The position numbers and the translations under genes are program-made. Positions 1 through 12,529 of a stretch of 64,000 bases of DNA are shown one piece after another; the stretch's first letter is position 1; every line of letters starts with the position of its first letter. Origin of the DNA: Tubiluchus corallicola (taxonomy: Eukaryota > Animalia > Priapulida). The notes beneath the pieces are model-generated. The model did not search any database and was not told the origin of the DNA. It saw only the letters and a list, made by a program, of their open reading frames with translations. The stretch covers positions 248,001-312,000 of the forward strand of contig JAQGDQ010000023.1 of NCBI GenBank assembly GCA_030141605.1, given 5' to 3'.

Positions 1-1537
1 TTATAATGATCTAAGAAATTTGCTTGCAACTGCAAGTTTTATCAAATTGAAGCAGGTTCAAAAGCCATCCTGCATTGGCCAATTATGTATTCAGATTTTT
101 AGTAGGTAATAGTGCACAATATGCAATAGTACTTACCTGAACACATTTTATTTTCTGATTGTGGTAGCCTCTTATTTTGGTGGTCTGCATGTAAGTATAT
201 GCAGTGTGATAGCTAAGTAAATGTGTGAAGCAAATTGTTTCAATATGACTACATTGTATATTTTGCTGTTTGTATCAGATTTATTCTATTCAAGTGCTCT
301 ACAATATCTACTGTTTGTTTATGTTAGTATTAAAGCAAAACAAGACAATTTTTCATATCCTACCACATTTTGAAGTATGGTAAAATGTATAATGCCAAAG
401 CATTTCTGACAATTAAATAATTCTTTCACGCAAGGCGTTCTTTAAAAAATAGTATGTTCCCTAATATTTAAAGAATAGATTGTTTTGACATACAGTTTAG
501 GATTGGGTCCAGTTTTCCTTTAAACAAAAACTATTTAACTGATTTTCGTTAACTTCATGGATAGGTCACCCCTCCGCCATTGGCACAGGTCTGCACTCTA
601 CTAAGTGCCATTCTAATTCGAAAGTAGTTTTCTTCCGTGGAGATAAGCTGCTAGATCTTGTCAGTTTGCTATTGACTTGCATGAAATCCCGCTGTTATGC
701 CACACCTTTCGAGCATATTTTGCCAAGTCGCTTTTATGTGGAACTCTTTCTATGTCCCCACATCATGTCTTCCCTGTTATCTCAGATACTTTGGAAAGAA
801 AGTCAGTAGTAATAATAATTTAATACACATAGACATGTTCCTGTCATTCCAATGCAGCAAACTGATGGCAGGCCAATTTTCTCATTGTTATGACTTACCA
901 TTATATTTTGCACCTTCTGTGCACACCCGCAAAGAGTGGACCTTGCCTTGTCCGCGGAAAATTTTGTTAAAGTTTGTTAACAATCATCAAAATGGAAACA
1001 ACGCCTTTGTTCTTACCACTGCACACGTTTTAGGCTGGATCAAAATTTTTCAAAATTCTTTTATTATGTGCTAGTGCTTTGCATTGTAGTCCATTCTTTT
1101 TCACTGTCTTTTGTTCACTTTTTTAGTCCATCTCTTTCATGCCTAAATCTTGAGTCCCATGTTTTTTGACGTAAAATCACAAAAATTTCCTTGGTGACTT
1201 CTTTTTTCTTGTTGCACTTTTTCTTTTTTCTCAGTTTTTCTCCTCAACTGGGTCGTTTGTTTTGATGAGTTCTTGCCATTGTCGCACAATCTGCTTTTAT
1301 AAAAAAATTACAAGCATGATTTGTATCTTGCAATTTTGCTTCCCCATAAAATGATGGCAAAGCATCTGAATTCACAAACCTACTCCTAATTTTGAGGGAA
1401 TAATAGTGTTGCTCATTGATTATGGTAGATATGTAACGGTTACCCCTCTACAAAATTTATCCAGTTCGAACTGAGTTGATGGAAACAATTGTATTTTAAT
1501 CACCAAAAATTCAAAACTGTTTTCAAATTCAAATCAA

Positions 1538-1543
1538 TTTATT
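1538..1543 (-). terminator. Candidate polyadenylation signal (AATAAA) of the FBXL gene, implying a ~2.1 kb 3' UTR
   Basis: tttatt on + reads AATAAA on -, followed by U/GU-rich sequence on the minus strand. The cleavage site is inferred. Confidence 0.35.
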
Positions 1544-3693
1544 GTAAATTTCTTATAGTGCACATCTGTCACAGGTTAAAATACAAATGAATAAAATGAC
1601 ACCACACAAGAATGTCTTACTGCACAAACCTAGAAAATGTAGGTAAAAAATCTGGTTATATCAATAATACATAGAGAGTACACGAAAGTTCTATACAGGT
1701 ACAAAACACCATTAAAAGCAACACTCACCAAACCTTAACTTTAATTAAGGTTATCACACAATAATGGTAAATTAATTTATCAACTTGACTAGCAAACTGC
1801 ACTTCAGTTTATTCTGTGGCACCATTTTTAAAATTCATACATACAATACTTGAAAGTTGCAAAAAATGGCATAATACATTCCGAGCACATTATAATAATA
1901 GTTATAAACGAACTATCAACTAATTATACGAATTCGTAATACAGTGAGAATGCATCGGTCAATTCATATAACCTTGTGCATACATACGTTCCTTCTCTTG
2001 AACTTGTACATCCATATCCGTAGACTAGATCAAAAATTGTATGTTACTGTACATTTTACGACAGAGTAATATTTAATTGCTATAATATGATTTATAAAAC
2101 AGCTTACAGAACAAAAGATATTACACCACTGGTGTTAATGAGAAAACTGACAAAAACAAGTCAATAATGTACTAAGAACAATAAACAAATCTACATTTAT
2201 AAATTATAATGTATTTTTACAACTTTGCTAGTGGCAATTTTGTTTTGATGCAATAAAAAGTTATGCAATCAGTTCAGAAATGAGACACAGAGCCTGGACA
2301 TATGTTAAAATTAATTTATAACACAATGCATTGCCACTGCATTAAATGGGATGTGCAGGATGCTAACTTAATCAAATTTGAAACATATTAAAGCAAGCAA
2401 TATATAATGTTTTTATCAAAAGACTGTCTTTCTCTGTTATATAGTTCTACTCAGTGTGATTCTGTTAATTTAACTATACTTACAAAATCACAGACAGCAA
2501 ACACACAAACAACATCAAGCTAAATGTGGAATGTACAATACAAAATATCACAAATTCTATGATTGTTCAATTAGAACAACTATTATAAATAGTAATAAAT
2601 ATTCATACTAAAATTTAGCTACATACAATTTTTACATGTTGAAATTGTGGCTGCATAATTATACTGCTTGGGCTCTGCTGGAATTTACATGAACCAGTGA
2701 ATAGCTAGTTATCACTTTGTAATATTCACTTTGTGAATAGCCAGTACGTTTTAAATAATTTAAACACGGAAGTAGTACAGTTTAGCAGTTGCCACAGAAA
2801 ATCTTGCCCTTAATTGCGAAATCAATTCCGCATTAAGGATCATTATTGCAAACTATGTTTTGTGACAATGAGCTGCTAATACGTTATAGGAAATTATAAT
2901 GCATGTACAAAACATAGTCAAATAGGAAATACACTACAATTTTTAAAGAAACAAATTGGGACATTTTTTCTCCTAATCAGCGAAATATATGCACAATTTA
3001 CTGGTTTAATTGTCTCACTGTTCAGTATTTACTGCCAGTGAGATTACTTTGTGCCTAATAGTAAATCATTGTAAGTGTAGACAGTTAACTAACATCACGA
3101 AAAACAATTACTAAATGTTTTAGAAAAATTAGTGGAAGCTGTCTCAACATATAATACTACCATCATCTAATTATTCACGAAGAATATAGAAATATATGGT
3201 ATTTCACTTAAAAAAATTCTGCCAATCAACTAACCAACAATTGTTAAACAAACATATCCTAACAGTTACAATTTTTGACACATTAATATATCTGAATATC
3301 TTATAGAATATCAAATGAAACCACTCAAAAATGCCTCTGGCTCCATCCACACACAAAGGTCTCGTTAAAATAACATCATTAATTTATTAAGTGACCTGCT
3401 TAGGAAATGCTTTTCGCAAAACGTCATCAAGTTTGAATTAATGAGATCATTAAAACAGTGAGGCCTTGCGAGACGGACCACACTAACGAGCTCCTAATTA
3501 GCCCACTAGTTAGAGTTAAAGATCTTGTTAATGTCACATTCCTAAGTACGACTTTTTCTGGAGTTTCATAACTGCAATTCATACAGCTTACACGGCCATT
3601 TCAGATTTCTAAGAACCAGCAGAGAAAAAAGCAGGTATTCATGTCAGTTATCACTGTGACGTTTGCATTGTCAAACATGATGATGGCGTATTA

Positions 3694-3804
3694 TCACATT
3701 ATACAGCAGCACAAATTGTAACGGCGAGGTGTGGCGTGTGGTGTAGGACTCGTTGGCGTTGTCGGTGCAAAATATGCATGTACCTTGAGATTTGGTAGGT
3801 GCAC
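3694..3804 (-). CDS. FBXL20: FBXL2/20 terminal coding exon: VHLPNLKVHAYFAPTTPTSPTPHATPRRYNLCCCIM*
   Basis: Acceptor tttttttcag, phase 0. LPNLKVHAYFAP and the C-terminal CAAX (CCIM) match the FBXL2/20 C-terminus. Stop is TGA TAA. Confidence 0.95.
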   Translation of the reverse strand: MHLPNLKVHAYFAPTTPTSPTPHATPRRYNLCCCIM

Positions 3805-4269
3805 CTGAAAAAAAAATGTATTTCACTCCTCTAAAAGATTGGATTTTGTTACATCCAGTCAAATTTTCAGGTGAAGCAAAAGGACTTTCAAGAACTTTAT
3901 CATTTCCGATATCTCAATTATAATGAAATCTGAGTTTGTCTATTCAATAGTGTAGTCCTACGAAAAAAAGAAAAAACTGGTTGTGAAGTTATTCTAAAAT
4001 AAGTGGTAAACATAATAGCTTTTCTTCGTAAGATTGCACTATCGATTTCAATGAAATGCATCAAAGGTACTATTGAAACTTTAATGAAACAAGAGTGTGA
4101 TTTAGGGGTGCATAGATTTAGGAACTTTATTACTGCCAATATCTCATTAATAATGAAGTCTGAATTTGCTTATTCAACAAACGAAAACTCTCAGCTAGTA
4201 AAATTTGATGTGAACTTTCTACAAAAGGGGGGGGGGATGCGGTAATCTTTGCAAGATAGCATCAAACTA

Positions 4270-4450
4270 CAGTCAAACCTCGTTATAATGCCCTTATCAT
4301 GCTAGCCTCGCTTACTCAGCTTAATGCTCAAATTTTTGGTAAAAAATATATGTATTTGTATAGACACGTGTGTTAATGCAACTCATAATGCCGAACTTGC
4401 TTAATGTTTTTTTGCTGTCCCTAAGTAGGCAGTATAAAAAGGTTTGACTG
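4270..4450. mobile_element. Tigger/pogo-like MITE
   Basis: Inverted ends cagtcaaacctcgttata...tataaaaaggtttgactg. TA precedes the left end; the right TSD is degenerate. Confidence 0.6.
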
Positions 4451-4808
4451 ATAAGATAAGATCTTTATTTAAACTCGATAGCTAGAATGAGCCATAGGCT
4501 CCTTTACATTCAGATCGAGTGTACTAAAGCAATACAAAATGTAAATAAACATAAAAATGCAAAATATGAAATGACAAATTAAAAAACTTATGAATACTTT
4601 TAACAAGTTAGGGTTAACGATGTCAAATATATGGTACATGGCAGGAGATGTGATAATGCCACTAGAGCACAAGGTTGGTAGGTGATTTAGTTAAGATATC
4701 GTCATCTTGCTTTTTTCAACTTCAGGCTTTTATGAAACATGCGTGCCAGTAGCAGACAATGCTACATCGGCCGCGATGAGGACGAATCTGCAGTCATTGA
4801 GAATGAAT

Positions 4809-4898
4809 TCAGCGAGTTGGGCTGCCACCGCCTTCACCTTCGATACCAGTAGAATCCACTGATGGTTTGCCATTGATTAACACAAGTGATGTTGTTAC
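4809..4898 (-). CDS. Candidate alternative last exon of the FBXL gene: VTTSLVLINGKPSVDSTGIEGEGGGSPTR*
   Basis: Polypyrimidine tract ttattctttcctctcccaaggacag, phase 0 compatible with the 5847 donor, raised GC. No homology support. Confidence 0.35.
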   Translation of the reverse strand, partial: VTTSLVLINGKPSVDSTGIEGEGGGSPTR

Positions 4899-5044
4899 CT
4901 GTCCTTGGGAGAGGAAAGAATAAAATATACAAAAATCTACATCGGTGTGATACCATATCATTATAAGTGGTAGGGCATATGATAACTCCATTATAATGCA
5001 AGGCAGGCCCTCGAAATTGGTCGAAAACTCGATATCATTATATG

Positions 5045-5785
5045 TAGAGGCTAAAACTGAGTCAGTTGCTATTACATCAGCTGACACAGTAAATCGGCTA
5101 GGAGTCAGTTGAAGTTGACTGACTTCAGCTGAGTTGGCTTAGACAAAAAATCAGCTAAGTCAGCTGAAGCTGCAAATTTTTGTTAACGAAACAAATGACA
5201 AATTGTTAGTTAACTGTTAAATTAACGAGACTAATTTTTTAAATAATTCGTGTTGTTTATACACAGCAAGAAGCTGATGTACAAATTCAAATAATGCATC
5301 AGAGATCATTTTTTTATTATTATAAAACAGCAATGGATTTATTGCAAATATAATTTAAATCCAACCCTTGGCAAGGCTTATCTTGATTACCGACGAACCA
5401 ATACCAAAATGATCCCATACGCGTGACTAACGTTGCTTATTTGCATATTGATTGTGCATTAATTTTGAATTGACTGTTTACTCATTCAAAAATTTCTAAA
5501 GTTTTGTATCTCTGCCAGTACACGCACATCTGGCAATGTGTTTGCCAATATTTCGAATCTGCGATGCATTTGCCATATTTCATCATGATCATAAGCCACT
5601 TACATCAATTGTGCCAGTAGCTTATTGGCAAGAGTGAAAATCTTCGCAGTCGGCAAAATTATTGGTTAGCTCGACTCACATCACTTAGCGGCTGGAATAA
5701 CTAAAGTTGGGTTTCTTATTGGCTAGGTCGGCTGTAGAAATAAACTGGCTGGAGCTCAGCTGAAACAGCGCAGCTCTGGCCTCTA
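5045..5785. mobile_element. Non-autonomous hAT-like element
   Basis: Imperfect TIRs tagaggctaaaactg / cagctctggcctcta, degenerate 8-bp TSD (attatatg vs gttacatg), subterminal cagctga repeats. Confidence 0.55.
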
Positions 5786-5846
5786 GTTACATGTGGATGG
5801 CCCCTTATATTATAAGAGCTTGGGTCACCTAATCTGAATTATTTAC

Positions 5847-6059
5847 CTTCAGCCTACTAATGCCGGTTTTTGTGACCATTTGACTATCATACAACTCAAC
5901 ACGTTGCAGCATCTTGCAGCGATGTAATTTGTCCAAAGCTGAATCGCTAATTAAAGGGCAACCGTCCAGTTCGAGAACAAATAAATGATCTGCTCCACAG
6001 TCTCCTTGTGCTAGGTAACCGATTCCTTCATCAGTGATTAGCTCACAATGCGAGAAACC
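5847..6059 (-). CDS. FBXL20: FBXL2/20 LRR exon: GFSHCELITDEGIGYLAQGDCGADHLFVLELDGCPLISDSALDKLHRCKMLQRVELYDSQMVTKTGISRLK
   Basis: ttttag acceptor, gtaaat donor, 213 bp, phase 0-0. SHCELITDEGI and ELDxCPLI motifs. Confidence 0.95.
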
Positions 6060-6807
6060 CTAAAAGATAAGAACTTGTTAAGTAAAGCAAACAATTTTCG
6101 TGGAAAACAGTGCAGAAAGTTTAAATCACGTACACACAGAAAAAAGTAAAAATAGAATCAATAGGTATCGATGTCCAGCAAGGCTTCTACTAAATTAATA
6201 GATTATTGATATCTATAAATTTAAATAATTTACCATACTAATAATACGATAAATAACTGACATATTTTCTTGGTGAATGCCAATTAAACATCTGGGTTTA
6301 ACTGTGGTCAAATTCTAGTCGAAAGAACCTGTGCATCTGTGAATACCAAAAAAAGCACAGGTGTGTGTGCAAAAGATATTGCAAGTTTCTTTCCAAAATT
6401 TTTACATACACTACAAGATTCGAGTTAGCTCAAAAATAAAGAATTACAAATGAACTTCAAAGTTCTGTAACTAAGAAAGAAATTTGGCCCAGAAGTTACC
6501 ATTTCAGTTTTTCGTGAAAATTAAAAGTCAAAAAAAATTTAATGAAAGGTAAAGCAATTAGGACACCTTCACAAAACTAAAATTAACACTGTAATATCTA
6601 AGACAGAACCGAATCCCCATGAATTCTGTCAGAAAAAAATCCCGACTAGAAACCCTGGTTATGAATTAGAAGCAGTTTTGGTATATGCACAACTCTACTT
6701 GTCCATACATAATATTACTGCCTAAAGTTCTTAACTATGTTAGGGATGCACAGGATTCACAATTACAAGACCAGGAAAAAGCAACCAGCTCAGTATTTCA
6801 CACTTAC

Positions 6808-6909
6808 CAAACGTTCTAGCTTTGGACACCCGGCTGCTAAATGCAGCAAAGCAGCATCAGTAATGAGTGTACATTCTTCCAGATCCATACGTCGTAACTC
6901 GTGGCAGTT
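6808..6909 (-). CDS. FBXL20: FBXL2/20 LRR exon: NCHELRRMDLEECTLITDAALLHLAAGCPKLERL
   Basis: ttcag / gtaagt, 102 bp. NCHEL..MDLEEC is characteristic of FBXL2/20. Confidence 0.95.
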
Positions 6910-7552
6910 CTGAAAGAACATTTGTTAGCGATGTTAACACCTATCGTGATTCTGAATGACACAGATTTACTCTAATCATGCTAAACTTCTTGGTAACTGA
7001 TAAATTGTCACGTCTCGGAAATTAATATACTTGTTAAATCAGTCACTTGTGTCTGAAACAACACTAAACACAATTACGTCTGTTCCCCTAAATCTTCTAC
7101 TGAAAGACGTGTATATGACTAAATGGTATCTATAATCAGTTCGATCTGCTATTCTTGTAATGACATGTAGGAAGTATAAACTCAACAAGATGTGTGCACT
7201 TTGGCCAGGTTGGTGAGTGAGAAATTCCACTCAAGTTACATTTGAGTGACTGAAGACGACATACCCATGTTATTCAATGTGTGACTACCACTGTACCAAT
7301 GTAATTGCATATTGGCAGTGACTCACTGATTTTATCTGAAATAGTTATCGAGGTGTATACTTATAAATTGCGTAGGGGAGGTTTCAAAATTACTACAGTG
7401 GTTAATGTAGACTGAATGGATTTAATTAACTTTCTTAATACTGTTTGATTATAATACTGTGATGATTCAGCTTCAAGTTCTGTTACCTTGTGAACAATAT
7501 ACATGTAGCTGAGATTTGTTTCTTTACACTACACTTTGATATACATTGAAGG

Positions 7553-7833
7553 CAGGGCCAGATTATGACCTTTTTGGGTCCCAACAGTGACCCTTTATCT
7601 CAAATAAGGGCCAGTTTTTTATAACCAGTTTTTTGGACTCCCTGGGCACTCTCTTTATTTTATGTTAAATGAATCATTCAGCAATGCAAAATATTAAAAT
7701 ATTATACTTATTTTTCAAAAAAAAAGATTATATTTGAAAGTCATTTAGCGGGGCTCCTCAAGTTTTGGGCCCCCAATGCTGTAGGGGTACCTAGGCTGCA
7801 ATCTATATTAGCCTATAGGGTAATCCAGCCCTG
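7553..7833. mobile_element. hAT-like MITE
   Basis: TIRs cagggccagatta / taatccagccctg, degenerate 8-bp TSD (attgaagg vs gttgaaag), internal gggcc motifs. Confidence 0.6.
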
Positions 7834-8025
7834 GTTGAAAGTCTAATGCTAAATATCAGTTTATATGTCTGCCAATTACTAGACAAAAGTTTTCATAATT
7901 TCTCTGATATCGCCCAGGTCAGCTTCAGTGTAAAGTTGGCAGGGTACAATCATTTAAATGAGAAACAATTTTCAGGTTGCTAATTCCAATTTCAACCAAC
8001 TTCAATTTGAAGAAATACTCTTTAC

Positions 8026-8217
8026 CTTTGCCAAAGCTTGGAAGCCCATATCAGAAAACTGTGAGCAGTTGGCAACTTCTAAGGTCTTTAGTTTTGGACA
8101 ACCTTGACTAATTGAGATTAGCGACAAGTCAGATAGATTGAAGCAACCAGATATACACAAGAATTCTAGCTTTGGACAGCCTTCTGCGATATAACGAATA
8201 CCTCGATCCCCAAATCT
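8026..8217 (-). CDS. FBXL20: FBXL2/20 LRR exon: RFGDRGIRYIAEGCPKLEFLCISGCFNLSDLSLISISQGCPKLKTLEVANCSQFSDMGFQALAK
   Basis: atacag / gtaaag, 192 bp, phase 0-0. Cysteine-containing LRRs. Confidence 0.93.
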
Positions 8218-8703
8218 CTGTATAACATCCAAAATGATTATATAGAAGAAATACAAAGCAAACCGTACATTTTGCTTACACATAAGACTTTCACATGTTT
8301 AAACATCAAGATGTAATTTAACTGTGCAATAATGATATAAACTGTTAAAAGGGAAAATCAGTAAAATCTGAAGTATGCTCAAAAGCATCTGTACAATTTA
8401 CTTGTTTGAAAGGGTCACGACAATAGAAGAAAATTTAAAAAGCTGAATAATACACACCAGAGACCCACAACTTCAGTATGTGTCAATAGTTCAGAAAAAT
8501 GATTATAAACAAGCTTATTCTGAAAACAATATATATTTTTAATATGCCAGTGATTTATGCACTAACAAAACTGCTTTAGCTTTTCAGTTCACCACTAAAA
8601 TGGCTGTACGTTGTGAGATTAGTTGTAGATAATATATATCTTCCAGTTACAATTCGCCAACCGATTTAAATACTCTAACTTAACGTAACCGTAACCTTAA
8701 TCC

Positions 8704-9930
8704 CACAGACTTCAAACAACAGAAGAATTGGTAAAAATAGATACCTGAATGCATGCAAATAAACTCTGTAAATTATAAGAAAACCAAAAACATGATCGTT
8801 ACTAAAAGAAATGTTAATATAGATTTCAAAATTAATTTAAATAATAATCAAATAGCACAAGTTAACTCAGTAAAATATCTTGGTCACGCAAGCAAAAAAT
8901 ATTGCATACAAACTCAGTAACACATCGAAACTAAGGATACTGAAACTGAAAAACTAACCTATTATGCTCTAATTAACACTTATCTTCAATACTGTCTACT
9001 AAATAAAGCTAATGAGACCGCGCTTTATACCGTTTATTATTGCACAAAACAAAATAATTAAGCTAATGAGTTTTACTAATTACAGGCAATGGGGTACCCC
9101 CTCATATATATTTGCTCTAGGGTTACTGAAACTAATGGATATAAATCTATAAATTAGAAAAGGCCAAATTCAAGCTGCCACTTGGGAATATTATCCTATC
9201 TATATAGCAACTATTTTACGGAAATATCTGATGTTCAAAATTACAATACTAGGGCCTCAGCAAATAGTAACTTATATCAGGGCAGATTCAATCAAGGTTT
9301 CTGCACAATACAACATCGTGGAGCTATTTTATGGAACTCCCTAAAGCCCAGGTATAAACTTCTACAACCATTAAAACACTAATGTTAAAATATAGAAATG
9401 AATTACTTCAGTCATATACTTAATAACTTAACAATTTTAAAACACCATTTTCTTTATATAACTATTCAATTTACTCAAAATCTTTAACATTATTTAAGTA
9501 TTCCAAATTAGCTCTATCACTATGGTCTTCAGTTTATAATTTTGGCATTTCATTTTCCATTTTAGTTCCTTTAATATCGTTAATCTACCTCCCATAAATT
9601 TTCTTCAAGACTGTATTATTTTTCTCATTATTCTTATTATTATCATTCTATTATCTAATCTCATTCTCAGTGTATGCATGTACAAGTATGTGTGTAAGTA
9701 GTGTATGTATATAGACATGCTTGTATTTTTATTGAATTAATGTAATTATGATTTTGATTATTTGCCACTAGCACAATGTTAATATTACCAACACCTAAAT
9801 AGGGGTGACTAGCTGGGCGACTGCATGGTCTTTCATCACCTCTGCTCATATTAATCTGTATGATATGCACTAACATCTTAACTAGTGTATTAAGTTCATG
9901 AAGCTAAATAAATTTACTATTACTATTACC
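8704..9930 (+). mobile_element. 5'-truncated, decayed CR1/L2-clade LINE
   Basis: Remnant translations IAQVNSVKYLG, YYALINTYLQYC, NYNTR and RGAILWNSL are typical of the CR1 ORF2 C-terminus. 3' tail aataaa-(ttacta)n. Flanked by direct repeat accttaatcc. Confidence 0.75.
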
Positions 9931-10260
9931 GACCTTAATCCTAATCCTAATCTGCTTCACGAACCAATTTCTTGTGTGTGGAAAATTGTAAACTTTAGCC
10001 ATTTTTCATGAAGAGTTTTTCAACTCCATGTGAAATTTACTGATCCTGTTCTTTAAAAGCATTAATAGTACTAGTACTGCAATCTAAGCAATATCATATT
10101 ATCAAATAGTATTAAATACTACAAAAAATTTCAATTTAAACTACACATTACATCATTTTTGTTTTCACTGCAAAATCAACATTTTCTCAATAGTCCTTAG
10201 ATCTAGTGGCTTTTCATAAGCTCACACACTTATTTTCTTATCTTTTAAGAAGATACTCAC

Positions 10261-10353
10261 CGTACTCAAAGAAGGTTTGAAGCAGTTTTTAAGGTTTAAA
10301 TGCCTTAGATCATGTCCGTAATACCCAACTGACTGTAGACCCATGTCACTAAT
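10261..10353 (-). CDS. FBXL20: FBXL2/20 LRR exon: ISDMGLQSVGYYGHDLRHLNLKNCFKPSLST
   Basis: ttttag / gtgagt, 93 bp, phase 0-0. LxxLxLxxC pattern. Confidence 0.9.
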
Positions 10354-10403
10354 CTAAAAGAAAATTAAGACTGAAAAATCAATCATTTTTATGTCATTCA
10401 AAA

Positions 10404-10962
10404 CAAGGACACACCGGATCCACATTTGTGGGTTCCGGATCGGATCCGGATTGAAAACAATATTTCATTTATTTGACATTCTGCTCACATGCTTGCATCG
10501 CCTGTCCATTTTCAGAGTCAATAAGTAATTTTAAGTGGAAGCACTGCAAACGTTGATGTACTGTAATTTTCAACACTTGATACACACTCGGTTTAAACTA
10601 AAAATGCCAACCAATGCTTTTCTGGAAGTAGATGGCTCTAAATTGTTAGCAGACTAAACTTTTCCAGCAATAGCACTACCTTTGTGTGCTACTTGCTTCA
10701 AGGAATGGCAGCATTAAGGTTACAAGAAGGTGGCATAAAACCTAAGCAGTACTTTCGTAAACTTCCAAAGATTTTAATAAATTATTTAGGTAATTAAACT
10801 ATTATATATATTTCTTCTTACCCGTTCCAATTTTTTCACATTCGGTAGTTTTACACATAGCAAAATAGAAATACAAATAGTGAAAAATCTGACTAAAATT
10901 TCTATTGGATCCGGATCCACTAAAATTACCAGATATAGGAATCCGAATACGGTACATCCTTA
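10404..10962. mobile_element. Non-autonomous hAT element
   Basis: Imperfect TIRs caaggacacaccg / cggtacatcctta, perfect 8-bp TSD attcaaaa (10396-10403 and 10963-10970), subterminal ccggat repeats. Confidence 0.8.
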
Positions 10963-11041
10963 ATTCAAAACTTAATAATCCTCAAAGGTGAGACTTGCAT
11001 GTCTCTGTTACACGAAACATCTGATGCACTTATTGATAGTA

Positions 11042-11536
11042 CAGTGGCCGCCGCTTATTATGGACACGGTTATTGTGGACAGCCGGTTATTGTGGACAAC
11101 TCGCGAGGGACGGAATTTTCCCCTAATAAAATCCGCCGGTTAATATGGACAACCGCCACTTAATATGGACAGCGAACATTCTTGGCACGTGACAAGCCGT
11201 GCCAACCACGGCCTGCGCGCATGATTGAAAAGAGCTTCCCGCTCTGCTGCCTGTGTGAGTCATTGCATCAGTCAGTTCGCCGTTTGCCGTGGCCTTGAGA
11301 GCTTCGAAACTGTGATAACTTCCTTCCGTTCAAGGTTGAGAGAAAAGTTTCCTGCCAAACAAACTCGTCTGATTTCTTTTTTTCAATAAAACAGGAGACG
11401 AGTAGATACAGACAGTTTTTTGCCTTTTTTAATGAAGGGGAAGGGTCTTCATGGGTCACTTCGCTTAATATGGACAGCCGCTTAATATGGACATACACTG
11501 CTGGCCCGAGGTGTCCACAATAAGCGGCGGCCACTG
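11042..11536. mobile_element. pogo/Tigger-like MITE, apparently young
   Basis: 26-bp TIRs cagtggccgccgcttattatggacac / gtgtccacaataagcggcggccactg with 1 mismatch, TA TSD on both sides, subterminal tggaca repeats. Confidence 0.9.
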
Positions 11537-11553
11537 TATAATGAAAATCTTAC

Positions 11554-11677
11554 AGAATGGCATCCTTTAAGTATGAGAGCTTTCAGCTTAGGACAGCCTC
11601 GGCAGAGAACCTCCAAACCGGTATCAGAGATGCTCGTCCATGATATGTTTATGAGTTCTAAGTATGGACATCCTTGA
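11554..11677 (-). CDS. FBXL20: FBXL2/20 LRR exon: (S)QGCPYLELINISWTSISDTGLEVLCRGCPKLKALILKGCHS
   Basis: ttccag / gtaaga, 124 bp, phase 2-0. Confidence 0.95.
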
Positions 11678-11804
11678 CTGGAAAATACAAATGTCATTTA
11701 GGTTAAGCTAATGAGAAAAAAGAGATGATACAAACATCTTTTTGATCACAAATGATGAATGGGAGTGCAAACAGAACAGAAGAGACAACTTAATATGGCA
11801 ACCA

Positions 11805-11975
11805 TGACTCAGCAGTGTAGCCAAGGTGGTAAAGCTCTCACTTTCTATCAGGAACTTATGGTTTCGATTCCATGGTCGGGTCATACCAAAAACGTTAAAA
11901 CTAATACCTCCTGTTTCATTCAAGGCCATTATGAATATAAACAAATGAAGGTTAACTGTAGTTTGGACTGACACA
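11805..11975 (+). mobile_element. tRNA-derived SINE with Meta/MESC-like core, decayed
   Basis: A/B-box-like tagccaaggtggtaaa and ggtttcgattcc, then ggtcgggtcataccaaaaacgttaaaa. A related copy lies at ~61060-61180. Confidence 0.55.
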
Positions 11976-12433
11976 GGAACAATTTATTTTGTCACATATA
12001 TATAAATAGATAGTGAAATTTGCTGATTTCGACAAAAAGTACACTTTAAAAAGCATATCCCTAGAATGCTTTGCAAGGCCTTAGTGTCATGTTTGGATTC
12101 GTATACATCCTTCCCCACAGGTAAATAGCCGGAAGCAGTGAGACAGATGAAGCTACCCAGAAGCGTTTTCCAAACAGAGAACAAATATGGTGTTGGTTAA
12201 CTTCGGTCACTAAGTACAAACTGTAACAGTTATAACAATCTGGCTCAGATATCAAATGTTGCATATATATTCATAAATGTTAAAAACATCCAAGCAAGTT
12301 ATTTCCCTTACAAGCTGTTAATGCCTTTAATACAACACGCATCTTCAGATATCAGTAAACTCGTTTATTTTTACAGCTTGGCTAAGCATAATAGTGGGTT
12401 ACAACTATCCAACTACTAATTGTATGTTTTTAC

Positions 12434-12529
12434 CTAAGAGCTTGTAATGATATATCATTTATCTGTACACAGGAGTCCATCTTTAGCACTCGTAACTTGC
12501 AGCAGTGAGTCCCTAGATTCTCACACGTT
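12434..12529 (-). CDS. FBXL20: FBXL2/20 LRR exon: (R)TCENLGTHCCKLRVLKMDSCVQINDISLQAL(S)
   Basis: ttgcag / gtaaaa, 96 bp, phase 2-2. Confidence 0.93.

Noticed and set aside
697-1290. 125-aa + strand ORF and purine-rich minus-strand stretch
   Set aside because: No recognisable domain or splice signals. Probably decayed repeat sequence.
3691-3696. Readthrough at the FBXL stop
   Set aside because: TGA is immediately followed by TAA, and the CAAX box must be terminal.
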